IMG/VR virus record: IMGVR_UViG_3300035698_005334
Length of the DNA: 64,000 nt
From: an uncultured virus (IMG/VR IMGVR_UViG_3300035698_005334)
Lineage: Duplodnaviria; Heunggongvirae; Uroviricota; Caudoviricetes
Strand: one strand, 5' to 3'
Each line of letters begins with the position of its first letter. The stretch's first letter is position 1. Of the stretch, positions 63,177 through 64,000 are shown in pieces. Below the pieces are notes generated by a model. The model was not told where the DNA came from. It worked only from the letters and a program-made list of their open reading frames with translations, and did not search any database. A program made the translations under genes and the position numbers.

Positions 63177-64000
63177 TCTTCACCATCCGGTTCGATATCT
63201 GCGATCGGGCGTCCAAAGCGCCAGTAAACCCCCGAAACATCACCATCAAGCCTCACAGCGACCCGGCGACCTCTAACCCGGGGCCGGATATTCGTGGTGC
63301 TCGCCTGGACGTTGAACGGGCCATAGGAGACCTGGGTACTTCCCGGCGTCATGCGGGACTTGAACGTAATATCAACCGGACCTCCAACAAAGTCAGGGAT
63401 AAGGCGATTCATGAAAGCGACCTGCTTCCCGTTCGAGATATCGATATCGCCGGACTCGATAAACTCACCAAGCGCCGCGCCGTCTTCGTCGGTGTGGTCT
63501 GACAGTTCATGCTCATAGATCTCGCCGCTGGCGTCTGTCGCCAATGGGGCTGAGAAAACATCGCTATCGATATAGGACGTTCTGTCGAGATCCCCGAAAT
63601 CCCAGGCGTTGTCTTTCCAATTGTATTTGACGTACTTGTCGTTCTCTCCCCCGCCGTCCGCGCTCGGGTAAAACCACCATATCTCTTGCCGGGTCTCGAA
63701 CATTCCGGTCGTAACCTTATCCTTCTGCGCTCTATCGATATCGTCGAAGACGTGTCGAAGCATCGAGCACGCCATGTCCTTGATAGTGCCGTCGTAAAGC
63801 TGGAACGTTCCGTTCGCCATCCAGAAGGCCACGCCGTTACGTTCGACGGGAGCCGCGATACCGAACGCGCCGTTCGAATCGCCGATGGTCGAGAGATCGA
63901 AAGTGAAGTCGCCCCCAACGAACCGCAGAGAGTGAACGCTGACGTCTGTCCAAATGATGATCTCGGTTTTCGTTACCAAAGCGGTAACGATTTTGGAGCC
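63173..64000 (-). CDS. Tail nozzle / P22 gp10-like stabilisation protein (C-terminal part; start lies outside the window)
   Basis: IIWTD, EIWWFYPS, YVKYN, FIESGDIDI, RLIPDF, RVRGR beta-propeller motifs. Confidence 0.8.
   Translation of the reverse strand, partial: GSKIVTALVTKTEIIIWTDVSVHSLRFVGGDFTFDLSTIGDSNGAFGIAAPVERNGVAFWMANGTFQLYDGTIKDMACSMLRHVFDDIDRAQKDKVTTGMFETRQEIWWFYPSADGGGENDKYVKYNWKDNAWDFGDLDRTSYIDSDVFSAPLATDASGEIYEHELSDHTDEDGAALGEFIESGDIDISNGKQVAFMNRLIPDFVGGPVDITFKSRMTPGSTQVSYGPFNVQASTTNIRPRVRGRRVAVRLDGDVSGVYWRFGRPIADIEPDGEE

Noticed and set aside
1..64000. Many long antisense or alternative-frame ORFs (e.g. 153..839+, 36253..37209-, 38123..38815-, 50196..50822+)
   Set aside because: They shadow well-supported genes in GC-rich DNA and lack RBS or recognisable motifs
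1..64000. Alternative genetic code (stop-codon reassignment)
   Set aside because: Long essential genes are intact under the standard code and all three stop codons terminate genes

Overview
The whole window is part of a tailed dsDNA bacteriophage genome (Caudoviricetes, podovirus-type architecture with internal ejection proteins). An alphaproteobacterial host is an inference from GapR-like, DUF1376 and Cro-like genes. Transcription diverges at about 30.55 kb and converges at about 44.9 kb. The minus-strand arm 1-30.5 kb carries Cro-like, GapR-like, RuvC-like, DUF1376 replication-initiator, M15 endolysin and HNH genes, then TerS, intein-containing TerL, portal, GroES, scaffold, decoration protein, major capsid protein, a free-standing EndoVII-type homing endonuclease, adaptor and tail genes. 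The plus-strand arm 30.6-44.8 kb carries many small early ORFs, HIRAN, RecT-like, intein-containing DnaB, a J-domain protein, a DNA methyltransferase and a SPOUT RNA methyltransferase. The minus-strand arm 44.9-64 kb carries a tail nozzle, GNAT, ejection proteins, an SLT protein, a 3846-aa DarB-like polyvalent protein, a signal-peptide beta-helix protein and an alpha/beta hydrolase. I recognised no integrase, CI repressor, tRNA, rRNA, CRISPR array or reverse transcriptase. The most notable observations are two paralogous signal-peptide-bearing beta-helix genes 42 kb apart (one coupled to a hydrolase), two non-canonical P-loop inteins (one starting with Pro and having only part of the class-3 signature), a promoter-plus-hairpin control cassette on a homing endonuclease, and a GapR-like/MutS-I-like fusion. 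All family assignments come from reading motifs by eye; no database search was run.
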